From: Polyangiales bacterium
GTDB taxonomy: Bacteria; Myxococcota_A; Polyangia; Polyangiales; Polyangiaceae
Length of the DNA stretch: 29,113 nt
Assembly (NCBI GenBank): GCA_038231275.1
Contig: JBBRLQ010000054.1
Location: 1-29,113, forward strand
Direction of reading: 5' to 3'
Of this stretch, positions 18,406 to 27,490 are shown piece by piece. Positions within the stretch are counted from its first letter, which is position 1; every line of letters begins with the position of its first letter. The notes beneath the pieces are model-generated. The model did not search any database. It worked only from the letters and a program-made list of their open reading frames with translations, and had not been told where the DNA came from. The translations under genes and the position numbers were made by a program.

Positions 18406-18411
18406 ATCTAT

Positions 18412-18426
18412 TGAAAGTGACTTTCA
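18412..18426. promoter_or_regulatory. Fur-like 7-1-7 operator upstream of feoA
   Basis: Perfect AT-rich palindrome TGAAAGT-G-ACTTTCA in high-GC DNA, directly before an iron-uptake operon. Confidence 0.75.
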
Positions 18427-18432
18427 CTAACG

Positions 18433-18792
18433 ATGTCGACCAGCGCCTCGTCCTTCCCCGCACCGCCGCTGACTGAAGAGAGCCCCTCTCCGCCCCGCGT
18501 GGAGGGAGCCGGTCCGCGCGCGCGTGTCCTCGGTCGCGCCGTCGACGCGAGCGCCGAGACGTCGCTCGATGCGATCGCGTGCGGCGCTCGAGCGCGCGTC
18601 GTCCGCGTCGTCCTCGACGCCGATCAGGCCGCGTGGCTCGCGGCGGTGGGAATTCACGACGGCGAGCGCCTCACGGTGCTCCGTCGCGCCGCGTTCGGCG
18701 GGCCGATGCACGTGCGCACGCGCGCTGGCGGCGAGTTCGCGATCGCGCGGGCGCTCGCGCGGGCGATCCGCGTCCGCTCCGAAACGCCGTGA
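18433..18792 (+). CDS. feoA: Ferrous iron transport protein A
   Basis: SH3-like FeoA pattern LAAVGIHDGERLTVLRRAAFGGP...FAIAR..A..IRV; precedes feoB. Exact start uncertain. Confidence 0.85.
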   Translation: MSTSASSFPAPPLTEESPSPPRVEGAGPRARVLGRAVDASAETSLDAIACGARARVVRVVLDADQAAWLAAVGIHDGERLTVLRRAAFGGPMHVRTRAGGEFAIARALARAIRVRSETP

Positions 18793-20744
18793 GCGGCGCG
18801 ATCGCCGGCGGCGACGCGGCGAAGACGAACCGCGCGACGGCGGAGGTGCCCGCGCTCGATCCCCGCGCGCAGATCGCGCTCGTCGGCCGCCCGAACTCCG
18901 GGAAATCGTCGCTCTACAACGCCGTCACCGGCGGCGACGCGCACGTCGGCAATTTCCCCGGCATCACGGTGGACATCCTCGAGGCGCAGCTGACCTTGCC
19001 GAGCGGTCTCGGCGCGACGGTGGCCGATCTGCCGGGCCTCTACTCGATCCGCGCGGTCGTCGATCCATCCACGGACGAAGGCGTCGCGAAGAAATTCATC
19101 GAGCAGGCGAAGGCGTCGGGAAGACCGCTGGTCGTCCTTCAGGTTATCGACGCGGCGCAGCTCGCGCTCGGCCTCGGGCTCACCCGGGAGCTCCTCGGCG
19201 CGGCCCTCCCGACGGTGGTGGTCGTGAGCCAGCGCGACGTGCTCGAAGCAGAGGGTCGCGTGCTCGACGACGCGGCGCTCTCCGAGGCGATCGGCGCGCC
19301 GGTCGTCTACGTGAGCGCCCGCTCGAAGGACGCGCGCGGCAAGGTCCTCTCCGCGATCGACGCGCGGCTCAGGCAAGGCGACGCGTCCAAGGCGTCCACA
19401 TCGTTCGATCCCGAAGACGTCGCGGAGCGCGTGGTGCGCGAGGCCGCGCACGTGACGGAGGCGGCGCAGCGTCGTCGTACCCTCACTGCGCGCGTCGACG
19501 AGGTGCTCCTGCATCCCGTCGTGGGTCCGTTCCTCTTCTTGTCGCTCATGGGGTGCGTCTTCGCGGCGGTCTTCTTGGTCGCCGATCCGGCGACCTCGCT
19601 GCTCGACGCCATCAACGGTGCGCTCCGAGCGAGGCTGGAGGCGGCGCTGGGCGGCGGACTCCTCGCGTCGTTCCTGGGAGACGGCGTGCTCGGCGGCGCC
19701 GGAACCGTGCTCGCGTTCATGCCGCAGATCGTCATCCTGACGGTGGCGATGGAGGTGCTGGAGGCCACCGGCTACCTCGCGCGCGGCGCGTTCCTCGTCG
19801 ATCGGCTCCTCCGCGCGCTCGGGATGAGCGGCCGCTCCTTCTTGCCGCTCCTCATGGGCCACGCGTGCGCAGTGCCGGCGATCGCCGCGACGCGAACGAT
19901 CCGCGATCCGCGCGAACGGCTGACGACGATCCTCGTGTTGCCGCTCATGACGTGCTCGGCGCGCGTTCCGACGTACGCGCTGGTGCTGGGGACGTTCTTC
20001 GCGACGAGGGGAGCATTCTTCAAGGCCGGCCTCTTCGTCCTCCTCTACTTCGTGGGCATCCTGAGCGGCCTCCTCGCGTCGCTCGTCTTGCGAAAGAGCG
20101 CGACCAAGGGGCGCTCGCTCCCGCTGGTGCTCGAGATGCCGCAGTACCGGATGCCGCAGCCGCGCCTCGTCGCGCGGAAGGCGGGGCAAGCAGCCGTGCG
20201 TTTCTTGCGCGACGTCGGCACCACGATCCTCGCCGTCGCGGTGGTTCTGTGGGCGCTCCTTACCGTGCCGCTCCCGGAGAGCCTTCAGCCCGCGCACGTC
20301 GACGCTGCCGGGGCCGATACCGCCGTGACGCCCATCCAGAAGAGCATCGCCGCCGGCATCGGTCGCGCGTTCGAGCCGATCACGCGGCCGATCGGCTTCG
20401 ACTGGCGTATCAACGTCGGTCTCATCGGCTCGTTCGGCGCGCGCGAGGTCATGGTGAGCACGATGGGCGTGATCTTCGGGATCGAGGACGCCGGTGATCA
20501 TCCCGCGCCGCTCTCCGAGCGCCTGCGCGAGGCGAAAAAGCCCGACGGCACCGCGGCCTACTCGACGGCGACCGCGCTCGCGCTCCTCGCCTTCTTCGTC
20601 TTCGCCTGCCAGTGCATGAGCACCGTGGCGGCCATCCGCCGCGAGACGAAGACGTGGCGCTGGCCGGCGCTGGTGCTCGGCTACACGTACGCAGTGGCCT
20701 ACGCGGCGGCGTTCGTCGTCTACCAGCTCGCCCGCATTTTTTGA
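18789..20744 (+). CDS. feoB: Ferrous iron transport protein B (651 aa)
   Basis: GTG overlaps the feoA stop; G1 GRPNSGKS, G2 NFPGITV, G3 DLPG; membrane motifs EATGYLAR, GHACAVPA, MTCSAR, LEMPQY, AREV, QCMST. Confidence 0.94.
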   Translation: MSGAIAGGDAAKTNRATAEVPALDPRAQIALVGRPNSGKSSLYNAVTGGDAHVGNFPGITVDILEAQLTLPSGLGATVADLPGLYSIRAVVDPSTDEGVAKKFIEQAKASGRPLVVLQVIDAAQLALGLGLTRELLGAALPTVVVVSQRDVLEAEGRVLDDAALSEAIGAPVVYVSARSKDARGKVLSAIDARLRQGDASKASTSFDPEDVAERVVREAAHVTEAAQRRRTLTARVDEVLLHPVVGPFLFLSLMGCVFAAVFLVADPATSLLDAINGALRARLEAALGGGLLASFLGDGVLGGAGTVLAFMPQIVILTVAMEVLEATGYLARGAFLVDRLLRALGMSGRSFLPLLMGHACAVPAIAATRTIRDPRERLTTILVLPLMTCSARVPTYALVLGTFFATRGAFFKAGLFVLLYFVGILSGLLASLVLRKSATKGRSLPLVLEMPQYRMPQPRLVARKAGQAAVRFLRDVGTTILAVAVVLWALLTVPLPESLQPAHVDAAGADTAVTPIQKSIAAGIGRAFEPITRPIGFDWRINVGLIGSFGAREVMVSTMGVIFGIEDAGDHPAPLSERLREAKKPDGTAAYSTATALALLAFFVFACQCMSTVAAIRRETKTWRWPALVLGYTYAVAYAAAFVVYQLARIF

Positions 20745-20803
20745 GCGTTTGGTGAGGAGGACGCGGATCGTCCTTGCGCGCCGGTTCGTTTTCTGGGAGA
20801 AAG

Positions 20804-20818
20804 TGAATGTGACTTTCA
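20804..20818. promoter_or_regulatory. Second Fur-like operator, overlapping the start of the OM barrel gene
   Basis: TGAATGT-G-ACTTTCA, 14/15 identical to the feoA box. Confidence 0.65.
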
Positions 20819-21696
20819 ATATCAACATCTCCTCGCGATGGGCCGCGTCGGCCGTCCTTTCGGCGGCAGTCCTCATCGGAAAGAGCGCCTCCGCGAACCC
20901 GCGCCCGCTGCCGTTCACCTACCCGTACGAGACGCTCGCCGACGGCGCGCTCGAGGTCGAGCTCTACACCGACACGACGCCGCTCCGCGTTCAGGCCGAT
21001 CCGGCCGACGCGACCAAGGGGCGCCTCTGGGAGCCGTACTACATGCTCCAGACGGAGATCGAGTACGGCCTCTCCGATCGGTGGGAGCTCGGCTTCTACC
21101 AAGTCTTCGAGGCGCAACCGCAGGCCGGCGGCTCGAACTCCTTCATGTTCGACGGCCTCAAGGCGCGCATCCGCACCCGCCTCGCCGAGGCCGGACAGTG
21201 GCCGGTCGACGTGGGCCTCTACCTCGAGGTCGCCGATCTCCACGACGAGCTCGAGCTCGAAGAGAAGATCCTCCTCTCGCGTCGCTTCGGGCGCCTCCGC
21301 GTGATGGCCAATCTCTGGGTCGAGCAGGAGCTGCGGCGACCGTACGACGGTGACGCGAACCGCGAGCTCGCGTTCGTCATCAACCCGACCCTGGGAGCAA
21401 CCTACCAGCTCGGCACGCGCGTCCAGCTCGGCGGCGAATACTGGGCGCGCGGCAAGATCGCGGGGAGGTCCGATCCCGACACGATCGGCCTCGACTCCGC
21501 GGCGGCAGAGGAGGCGCGCGTCGCCAAGCGCAACGATCAGGTCCACCACTTCCTCGGTCCGACGCTCCACTTCAACTTCGGCCGCGCCTGGTTCTCGATG
21601 GGGGTGTACGCACACCTCAACGACTCGAACAAACCGCAGCCTGGCGAGGCGTACGGTCCGGTGTGGATGCGCACGGTCCTCGGCCTGGATCTCTGA
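20809..21696 (+). CDS. Uncharacterised outer-membrane beta-barrel protein (DUF6662-like)
   Basis: GTG 9 nt after GGGAG (alternative GTG 20803); signal peptide ending ASA-N; amphipathic strands (EIEYGLSDRWELGFY, VGLYLE, LEEKILL, LGPTLHF); terminal RTVLGLDL. Family name is from recall only. Confidence 0.7.
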   Translation: MTFNINISSRWAASAVLSAAVLIGKSASANPRPLPFTYPYETLADGALEVELYTDTTPLRVQADPADATKGRLWEPYYMLQTEIEYGLSDRWELGFYQVFEAQPQAGGSNSFMFDGLKARIRTRLAEAGQWPVDVGLYLEVADLHDELELEEKILLSRRFGRLRVMANLWVEQELRRPYDGDANRELAFVINPTLGATYQLGTRVQLGGEYWARGKIAGRSDPDTIGLDSAAAEEARVAKRNDQVHHFLGPTLHFNFGRAWFSMGVYAHLNDSNKPQPGEAYGPVWMRTVLGLDL

Positions 21697-21735
21697 TTTT
21701 TCCCGGGTCTTGGGGCCTCGTGCGATGATGCTCGC

Positions 21736-23250
21736 GTGTCCTCGAGCCTCCCGCATATCGGCAGCTCGGAGGGGCTGAAGCCGGGGCTGCGCGTGCAGAT
21801 CGTCCTGGCGCTGGCGGGGCTAATGCTCCTCGCGAACGTGCCGCTGTTCTTCGCGCTGGCGAGCGTGACGCGCGCGACGCTGCTCGGCGCGCGGACCGAC
21901 TCGGCGCGCGCGCTCGGACGCGCGGTGGCGGCGCACGTGGGCGATGCGATGGATCGCGGAGACCGGCGCGCCCTGGTTCGTACGCTGGAGAGCCACGTCG
22001 GCGAGAGCGGCGCCCTCGCGCTCGCGGTGTACGATCGCGACGGAAAGCTCGCGGCCTCGGCCGGCGACGTCGCGGAGCTCGCGGTCATGCACGCGCCGCC
22101 GCATCCGTACGGCGAGTCCACGACGACGCTGCGCGCGACGACCGGGCGCGCCCTCGAGGTGACGGTCCCTCACGACGACGCGGTGGTGGTCGCGCGCCTG
22201 CGCACCGACGAGGACGCCGATCGCGCGGCGCCGCTGGTTCGGCTCGTCGCGCTCTACATGACGACGTTCGCGCTGGCGCTGCTCGTGTTCGCGTACTTCT
22301 CGCTGACGCGCTTGATCGTGCGGCCGGTGGAGGCGCTCGTTCGCGCTGCCGACAAGGTCGCAAGCGGCGCGCGCGTGCTCGTCGTCCCTCGCGCCGGCGC
22401 GCGCGAGCTCACCGATCTCGGCGTCAGTGTGAGCGCCATGACCACGCGCCTCATCTCCGACGAGGCGGCGATGCGCGCGAAGGTCGACGAGCTGACGCAG
22501 ACGACCCTGCGCCTGACCGAGGCGCGCGCGCACCTCGCGAGGAGCGAGCGGCTGGCGAGCGTCGGGCGCCTCGCCGCGGGCATCGGGCACGAGATCGGCA
22601 ACCCGATCGCCGCGATCATGGGAATGCAGGAGCTGCTCCTCGAAGGGGATCTCCCCAAGGAGACCGAGCGCGATTTCCTCGTGCGGATGAAGAAGGAGAC
22701 CGAACGCATTCACACGATCCTGCGTGATTTGCTGGATTTTGCGCGACCCGAGCAGCCGCCGTCGCCGAGCGCGCGGCCCGAGCCGTGCGAGGTGGGCGCC
22801 GTCCTCGACGACGTCGTCGCGTTGCTGCGACCGCAGAAGTCGTTCCGCGACGTCGTGGTGAGCGTCGAGACCCAGCCGGGCCTCTCGCCCGTCGCTCTCT
22901 CTCCGTCTCGCCTCACGCAGGTGCTCCTCAACCTCGCCCTCAATGCCGGCGACGCCATCGTCACGTCCAAGAAGCGCGCGGGCAACGTGCGCGTCCGCGC
23001 GAAGAAGGACGACGCCTTCGTGCGCATCGAGGTCGAGGACGACGGCCCGGGCGTCGCCGCCGAGGTGAACGATCGCTTGTTCGAGCCGTTCGTGACGACC
23101 AAGGACGTGGGCGCCGGTACCGGCCTGGGCCTCGCCGTCTGCCGCGGCATCGTGGAAGGCGCGGGAGGAGAAATCTTCGTCGACGCCGCCTACGACCAAG
23201 GCGCGCGCTTCGTGCTCCGCCTCCCCATGTTCACGCGGTCGGACGACTAG
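21736..23250 (+). CDS. Membrane sensor histidine kinase (TM-periplasmic-TM-HAMP-HisKA-HATPase); no adjacent response regulator
   Basis: ERLASVGRLAAGIGHEIGNP, QVLLNLALNAGDA, DDGPG, FEPFVTTK, GTGLGL. Confidence 0.92.
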   Translation: MSSSLPHIGSSEGLKPGLRVQIVLALAGLMLLANVPLFFALASVTRATLLGARTDSARALGRAVAAHVGDAMDRGDRRALVRTLESHVGESGALALAVYDRDGKLAASAGDVAELAVMHAPPHPYGESTTTLRATTGRALEVTVPHDDAVVVARLRTDEDADRAAPLVRLVALYMTTFALALLVFAYFSLTRLIVRPVEALVRAADKVASGARVLVVPRAGARELTDLGVSVSAMTTRLISDEAAMRAKVDELTQTTLRLTEARAHLARSERLASVGRLAAGIGHEIGNPIAAIMGMQELLLEGDLPKETERDFLVRMKKETERIHTILRDLLDFARPEQPPSPSARPEPCEVGAVLDDVVALLRPQKSFRDVVVSVETQPGLSPVALSPSRLTQVLLNLALNAGDAIVTSKKRAGNVRVRAKKDDAFVRIEVEDDGPGVAAEVNDRLFEPFVTTKDVGAGTGLGLAVCRGIVEGAGGEIFVDAAYDQGARFVLRLPMFTRSDD

Positions 23251-23256
23251 GCGCGA

Positions 23257-24036
23257 TCACACCCACGGCTCGAGCGGCACGACCGGCAAGCCCAGCGCGT
23301 CGATGGCCTTCAGGATGTGCGGGAGCGCCTTCACGCCGGCCGGCTCGTGCTCGCCGCGCTCGGGCGCGTCGTGGAGGGCGACGATCGCGCCGTGACGGAG
23401 CCCTGCCCGCACGCGCGCCTCGACGAGATCGGGGATCGCCCCCGCGAACCCGTCGATGCCGCTCACCGACCACCCGACGACGCAGAGGTCGAGCTCGTCG
23501 GCGACGCGCGCGATGGCCGGCGTCGTGTGGCCGATCGGCGGACGAAACAGGGCGGGCTTGGCGCCGGTGATCTCCTCGAGCACCGCGATGCCACGGACGA
23601 GATCCTTCTTGATGCTCGACGGCGACTTCATCGCGAAGAGCCGCGCGTGACCGTACGAGTGGAGGCCCACCGTGTGGCCGTTCGCGAGGATCTCACGCAC
23701 GATCTCCGGCGTTTTCTCGGCCTTCTTGCCGATGACGAAGAACGTCGCCTTCACGCCGGCCGCGGCGAGGACCTCGAGGACCTTGCGCGTGTGGACGGGG
23801 TGCGGTCCGTCGTCGAACGTGAGCGACACGCCGCGCGCGTCGGGAGGGCCGCCCACGACGGCGTCGGTGAACATTCGCAAGCGAATGAAGAAGACGCCGG
23901 AGAGGAAGATCCCCGTGTAGAGTACACATACACCGATCGTCGTCGGCAGGGCGGGCGGCGCGACGAGGACCGCGCGGGCGACGAACGCGAGGACGCCGAG
24001 GGTCGCGGCGTAGAGGAGGGCGCGCGCGGGCGGCAT
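23257..24036 (-). CDS. Membrane-anchored polysaccharide deacetylase (NodB/CE4)
   Basis: LTFDDGP, ATFFVIG, HSYGH, FRPPIG, LHD; two N-terminal TM segments. Confidence 0.9.
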   Translation of the reverse strand: MPPARALLYAATLGVLAFVARAVLVAPPALPTTIGVCVLYTGIFLSGVFFIRLRMFTDAVVGGPPDARGVSLTFDDGPHPVHTRKVLEVLAAAGVKATFFVIGKKAEKTPEIVREILANGHTVGLHSYGHARLFAMKSPSSIKKDLVRGIAVLEEITGAKPALFRPPIGHTTPAIARVADELDLCVVGWSVSGIDGFAGAIPDLVEARVRAGLRHGAIVALHDAPERGEHEPAGVKALPHILKAIDALGLPVVPLEPWV

Positions 24037-24042
24037 GCGGTC

Positions 24043-24585
24043 TCAGCGACGCTGCTTCTTCGCCGCCGCGGACTCCTCTTCGGCGTCGGCCTCTTCCGCG
24101 ACGCCCGCGACGCGGACGCTCTTCGTCGCGGCGCCTTTGCCCGCGTCCTTCTTGCCGGCGCTCCCGCCGTCCTTCTTGTCGGTGTCCTCGCCGGTGTTGT
24201 CGAGCTCGTAGAATCCGCCGAGGAGCATCGCGATGAGCGGGAGCGCGGCGGCGGGCAGGCTGCCGACGAGGCCAGCGCCGGCGTGCAGCGCGCCGAAGTC
24301 GACCGAGACGGAGAGCCAGCTCCGGATCGCGAACATGAGTCCGGCGCCGAGGAGCGCGCCGAAGAACGCCTTGAGGCCTGCCTCGATCTGCCCGCCCTTC
24401 GCCCAGATGGGCTTGCCGGCGACGAGGCCGACGAGCACGCCGGTGAACGCCGCGAACACGTACGCGAGCGCGGCGCCGCTGGCTCCCACGAACGTCACGA
24501 GGCCGAGCCCCTCGATGGCCACGCCCGCGGCGAGCCCGCCGACCACGAGCCCGATCACCACGCCGAGGAGAAGCCTCTTGAACAT
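24043..24585 (-). CDS. Hypothetical four-TM membrane protein with charged C-terminal tail
   Basis: Four Gly/Ala-rich hydrophobic helices, K/D/E-rich tail, GC-rich third positions, own promoter-like motif. Confidence 0.75.
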   Translation of the reverse strand: MFKRLLLGVVIGLVVGGLAAGVAIEGLGLVTFVGASGAALAYVFAAFTGVLVGLVAGKPIWAKGGQIEAGLKAFFGALLGAGLMFAIRSWLSVSVDFGALHAGAGLVGSLPAAALPLIAMLLGGFYELDNTGEDTDKKDGGSAGKKDAGKGAATKSVRVAGVAEEADAEEESAAAKKQRR

Positions 24586-24594
24586 CGTCCCCCC

Positions 24595-24623
24595 AGCGTG
24601 GCCAGCCTTTCGCCCTCCGTCAA
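24595..24623 (-). promoter_or_regulatory. Putative sigma70 promoter for the membrane protein-deacetylase pair
   Basis: TTGACG-N17-CACGCT, ending 9 nt before ATG 24585. Confidence 0.5.
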
Positions 24624-26821
24624 CCGTCCTCTTCGCCAGAGCCTTCCTGGAGCCGCGCGACGAGGCGTGTGCGGCGCTCGTCGCGGCGATCGGCGGCCAG
24701 GGCGAGCTTTATCGCGCGCGGATCGGCGACGAGGACGACGAGGCGCTTGCCGCGCGTCACCGCCGTGTAAAGAAGGTTCTTCGACAGCATGACGAAGTGG
24801 GTGGTGAGGAGCGGGATGACGACGGCGGGGTACTCGCTCCCCTGGGACTTGTGGACGCTGATGGCGTACGCAAGCACGAGCTCGTCAAGTGTAGCGCCGT
24901 CGTAAGGCACGTCACGCGCGTCGTCGAAACGTACGACGAGCGACTGTTCTTCCGGATCGATGCTCGCGACGATGCCGAGGTCGCCGTTCGTGACGTTGCG
25001 ATCGTAGTCGTTCTTGAGCTGCATCACCTTGTCGCCGACGCGAAAGGTGCGTGCGCCACGGACGAGCGCGGGACCGGTCGGGTTCAGCGCGGCCTGGAGC
25101 GCCTCGTTCAGCGCGATCGATCCGGCGGGGCCGCGGTGCATCGGCGTGAGGACTTGGACGTCCTTCACGGGATCGAGCCCGAACCGCCGAGGAATGCGCG
25201 CGGTGACGAGCTCGAGGATGGTTTTGTTCGCCGACTCGGGATCGCGTCGATCGATCACGAAAAAATCGCTGTCCGCGCCTTGCTCGGGCACGAGCGGCGC
25301 CTCTCCGGCGTTGATGCGGTGCGCGTTCTCGACGATGCGCGACCCTTGTCCCTGCCGAAAAATTCGCGTGAGGCGCACGCACGGCACCACGCCCGACACG
25401 ATGGCATCGCGGAGGACCGCGCCGGGACCGACGCTCGCGAGCTGATCCACGTCGCCGACGAGCACCAAGCGCGTCCCCGGCGCCACCGCCTGGAGGAGCG
25501 CGTCGCCCATGAGCACGTCCACCATCGACGTCTCGTCGACGACGACCGCGCCTGCCTCGAGCGGCCGTCGTGCGTCGCGCTTCCACTTCGAGCTCTTGGG
25601 GTCGAACTCGAGGAGGCGGTGGAGCGTGAGCGCTTCACGTCCCGTCGCCTCTTGCATGCGCTTGGCGGCGCGGCCGGTGGGCGCGGCGAGGCGGACGTCG
25701 AGGTGTGCGCGATCGAAGATGGCCAGGATCGCGCGCACGATCGTCGTTTTCCCGACCCCCGGACCGCCAGTGACGACGAGGAGCGGCGATTGCGCGGCCA
25801 TCTCGACCGCGCTCCTCTGCTCGGGCGCGAGGTGGACCCCGGAGCGCTCCTCGAATGCGGCGATGGCCTGCGCGGCCCCGTCCAGCGACGGAGCCTGCGC
25901 GCGCGCGACCTCCAGGATCCGCTCCGAGAGGCGCGTCTCCGCCGCGTGGAGCTGCGCCGAGAACAAGATGCGTGCACCATGCACATTTTCGACGACCACG
26001 TGCCGCCCCTGCACGAGCGCGTCCACAGCGCCATCGAGCTCGGCGCGCGCGGCGTCGAGCTCGACCTCGAGCAACTCCGCCGCGCGTGACTCCACCTCCT
26101 CGCGCTCGGCGTACGAGTGACCCGCGTCCGTCACGTCGCGCAGCACCTGGAGCACCCCGGCCTGCATGCGGGCGGGCGACTCCTTCGCGACGCCGAGCTC
26201 CTGGGCGAGGCGATCGGCGGTGTGAAAGCCGATGCCCCAGACGTCGATCGCGAGGCGGTACGGATCGCGCGAGACGACGGCGACGGCGTCCTTGCCGTAG
26301 CGCTTGTAGATGCGCGCGGCGAGCGCCACGCTCGCCCCGTGCGCTTGGAGGAAGACCATCACGTCACGCAGCGCGCGCTGCTCCTTCCACGCCTCGCCGA
26401 TCGCGCGCGCGCGCTTTCCGCCGAGACCTTCGACCTCCGCGAGCCGATGCGGCGCCTCGTCGAGGACCTTGAGCGCCTCGAGCCCGAACGCGGCGACGAT
26501 GCGCGACGCGAAGCCCTGACCGATCCCCTTGATGAGCCCCGAGCCGAGGTACCGCTCGAGACCGACGAGCGTGTTCGGCGACAGCTCGGTGACCCCTTCG
26601 GCGCGCAGCTGGTCGCCCCACTTGGGGTCCTTCACGATCTTGCCGCGCACGCGCACGCGCATGCCAGGCCTCACAGTCTGGAAAGATCCGACCACCGCCA
26701 GCCGATCGCTGCGCCCCTCGACGGCGAGCTTCATCACCCGGAAGCCGGTCTCGACGTTCTCGAAGGTGATCCGCTCGATCTCCCCCTCGACGACGATGGT
26801 ACCTTCGCTCTCCCGGGTCAT
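24620..26821 (-). CDS. recD2: ATP-dependent RecD-like (RecD2) SF1B DNA helicase
   Basis: N-terminal GEIERITF, HhH repeats IKGIG, TGGPGVGKTT, APTGRAAKR, DETSM, GDVDQL, IFRQ, GDKVMQ, NGDLG, AISVHKSQGSE, LYTAVTR. Confidence 0.94.
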   Translation of the reverse strand: MTRESEGTIVVEGEIERITFENVETGFRVMKLAVEGRSDRLAVVGSFQTVRPGMRVRVRGKIVKDPKWGDQLRAEGVTELSPNTLVGLERYLGSGLIKGIGQGFASRIVAAFGLEALKVLDEAPHRLAEVEGLGGKRARAIGEAWKEQRALRDVMVFLQAHGASVALAARIYKRYGKDAVAVVSRDPYRLAIDVWGIGFHTADRLAQELGVAKESPARMQAGVLQVLRDVTDAGHSYAEREEVESRAAELLEVELDAARAELDGAVDALVQGRHVVVENVHGARILFSAQLHAAETRLSERILEVARAQAPSLDGAAQAIAAFEERSGVHLAPEQRSAVEMAAQSPLLVVTGGPGVGKTTIVRAILAIFDRAHLDVRLAAPTGRAAKRMQEATGREALTLHRLLEFDPKSSKWKRDARRPLEAGAVVVDETSMVDVLMGDALLQAVAPGTRLVLVGDVDQLASVGPGAVLRDAIVSGVVPCVRLTRIFRQGQGSRIVENAHRINAGEAPLVPEQGADSDFFVIDRRDPESANKTILELVTARIPRRFGLDPVKDVQVLTPMHRGPAGSIALNEALQAALNPTGPALVRGARTFRVGDKVMQLKNDYDRNVTNGDLGIVASIDPEEQSLVVRFDDARDVPYDGATLDELVLAYAISVHKSQGSEYPAVVIPLLTTHFVMLSKNLLYTAVTRGKRLVVLVADPRAIKLALAADRRDERRTRLVARLQEGSGEEDG

Positions 26822-27458
26822 GGCCTCGTTCTGGACCTATACGCTCGTCTGCTTCGGATCGCTCTTCTCGATCGTCGATCCGTTCGCGGCCGTGCCGATC
26901 TTCCTGGCGCTCGTCGGGGGACAGGACGTGCGCGCCCAGCAAGGCTCGGCCCTCCGCGCCGCGCTCACGTGCTTCGTGGTGCTGTCGGCGTTCGCGGCGG
27001 CGGGGGCGGTGATTTTCTCGTTCTTCGGGATCACGATCCCGGCGTTCAAGATCGCGGGCGGCATCCTCCTCTTCGCCGTGGGGCTGGAGATGATGCGGGC
27101 GCGCCAGTCCGACACGCGCTCGACGCGTGAGGAGCGGCACGACGCGGAGACGAAGGAGGACGTCGGCATCATCCCTCTCGGTTTGCCGCTCCTGTCGGGG
27201 CCGGGCGCGATCGCGACGGTGATGGTGCTCGTCGGGAAGAGCAAGACGGTGGACCAGCGCTTCGGGGTGCACGTCGCGATCTTCGCGATCAGCGTCGTCA
27301 CGTTCCTCATCTTGCGCTCGGCGGCGCTCTTCGCGCGCGTCCTCGGCAAGACCGGCATCAACGTGATCGGCCGCATCATGGGCCTGATCCTCGCGGCGTC
27401 CTCCGTGCAGTTCGTGGTCGACGGCCTCCGCGAGGCGTTCCCCAAGCTGCTCGGCTGA
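26820..27458 (+). CDS. marC: MarC-family inner membrane protein
   Basis: LFSIVDP, FGITIPAFKIAGGILL, IPLGLPLLSGPGAIA, GRIMGLILA. Start ATG 26820 fits family length (212 aa). Confidence 0.92.
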   Translation: MASFWTYTLVCFGSLFSIVDPFAAVPIFLALVGGQDVRAQQGSALRAALTCFVVLSAFAAAGAVIFSFFGITIPAFKIAGGILLFAVGLEMMRARQSDTRSTREERHDAETKEDVGIIPLGLPLLSGPGAIATVMVLVGKSKTVDQRFGVHVAIFAISVVTFLILRSAALFARVLGKTGINVIGRIMGLILAASSVQFVVDGLREAFPKLLG

Positions 27459-27490
27459 ACGGCGCTGCGGGTGCGCCGAGGGCGCGCGAG

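Noticed and set aside
24620..26821. RecD2 as part of a defence or mobile system
   Set aside because: No nuclease, integrase or defence partner is adjacent; context is housekeeping.
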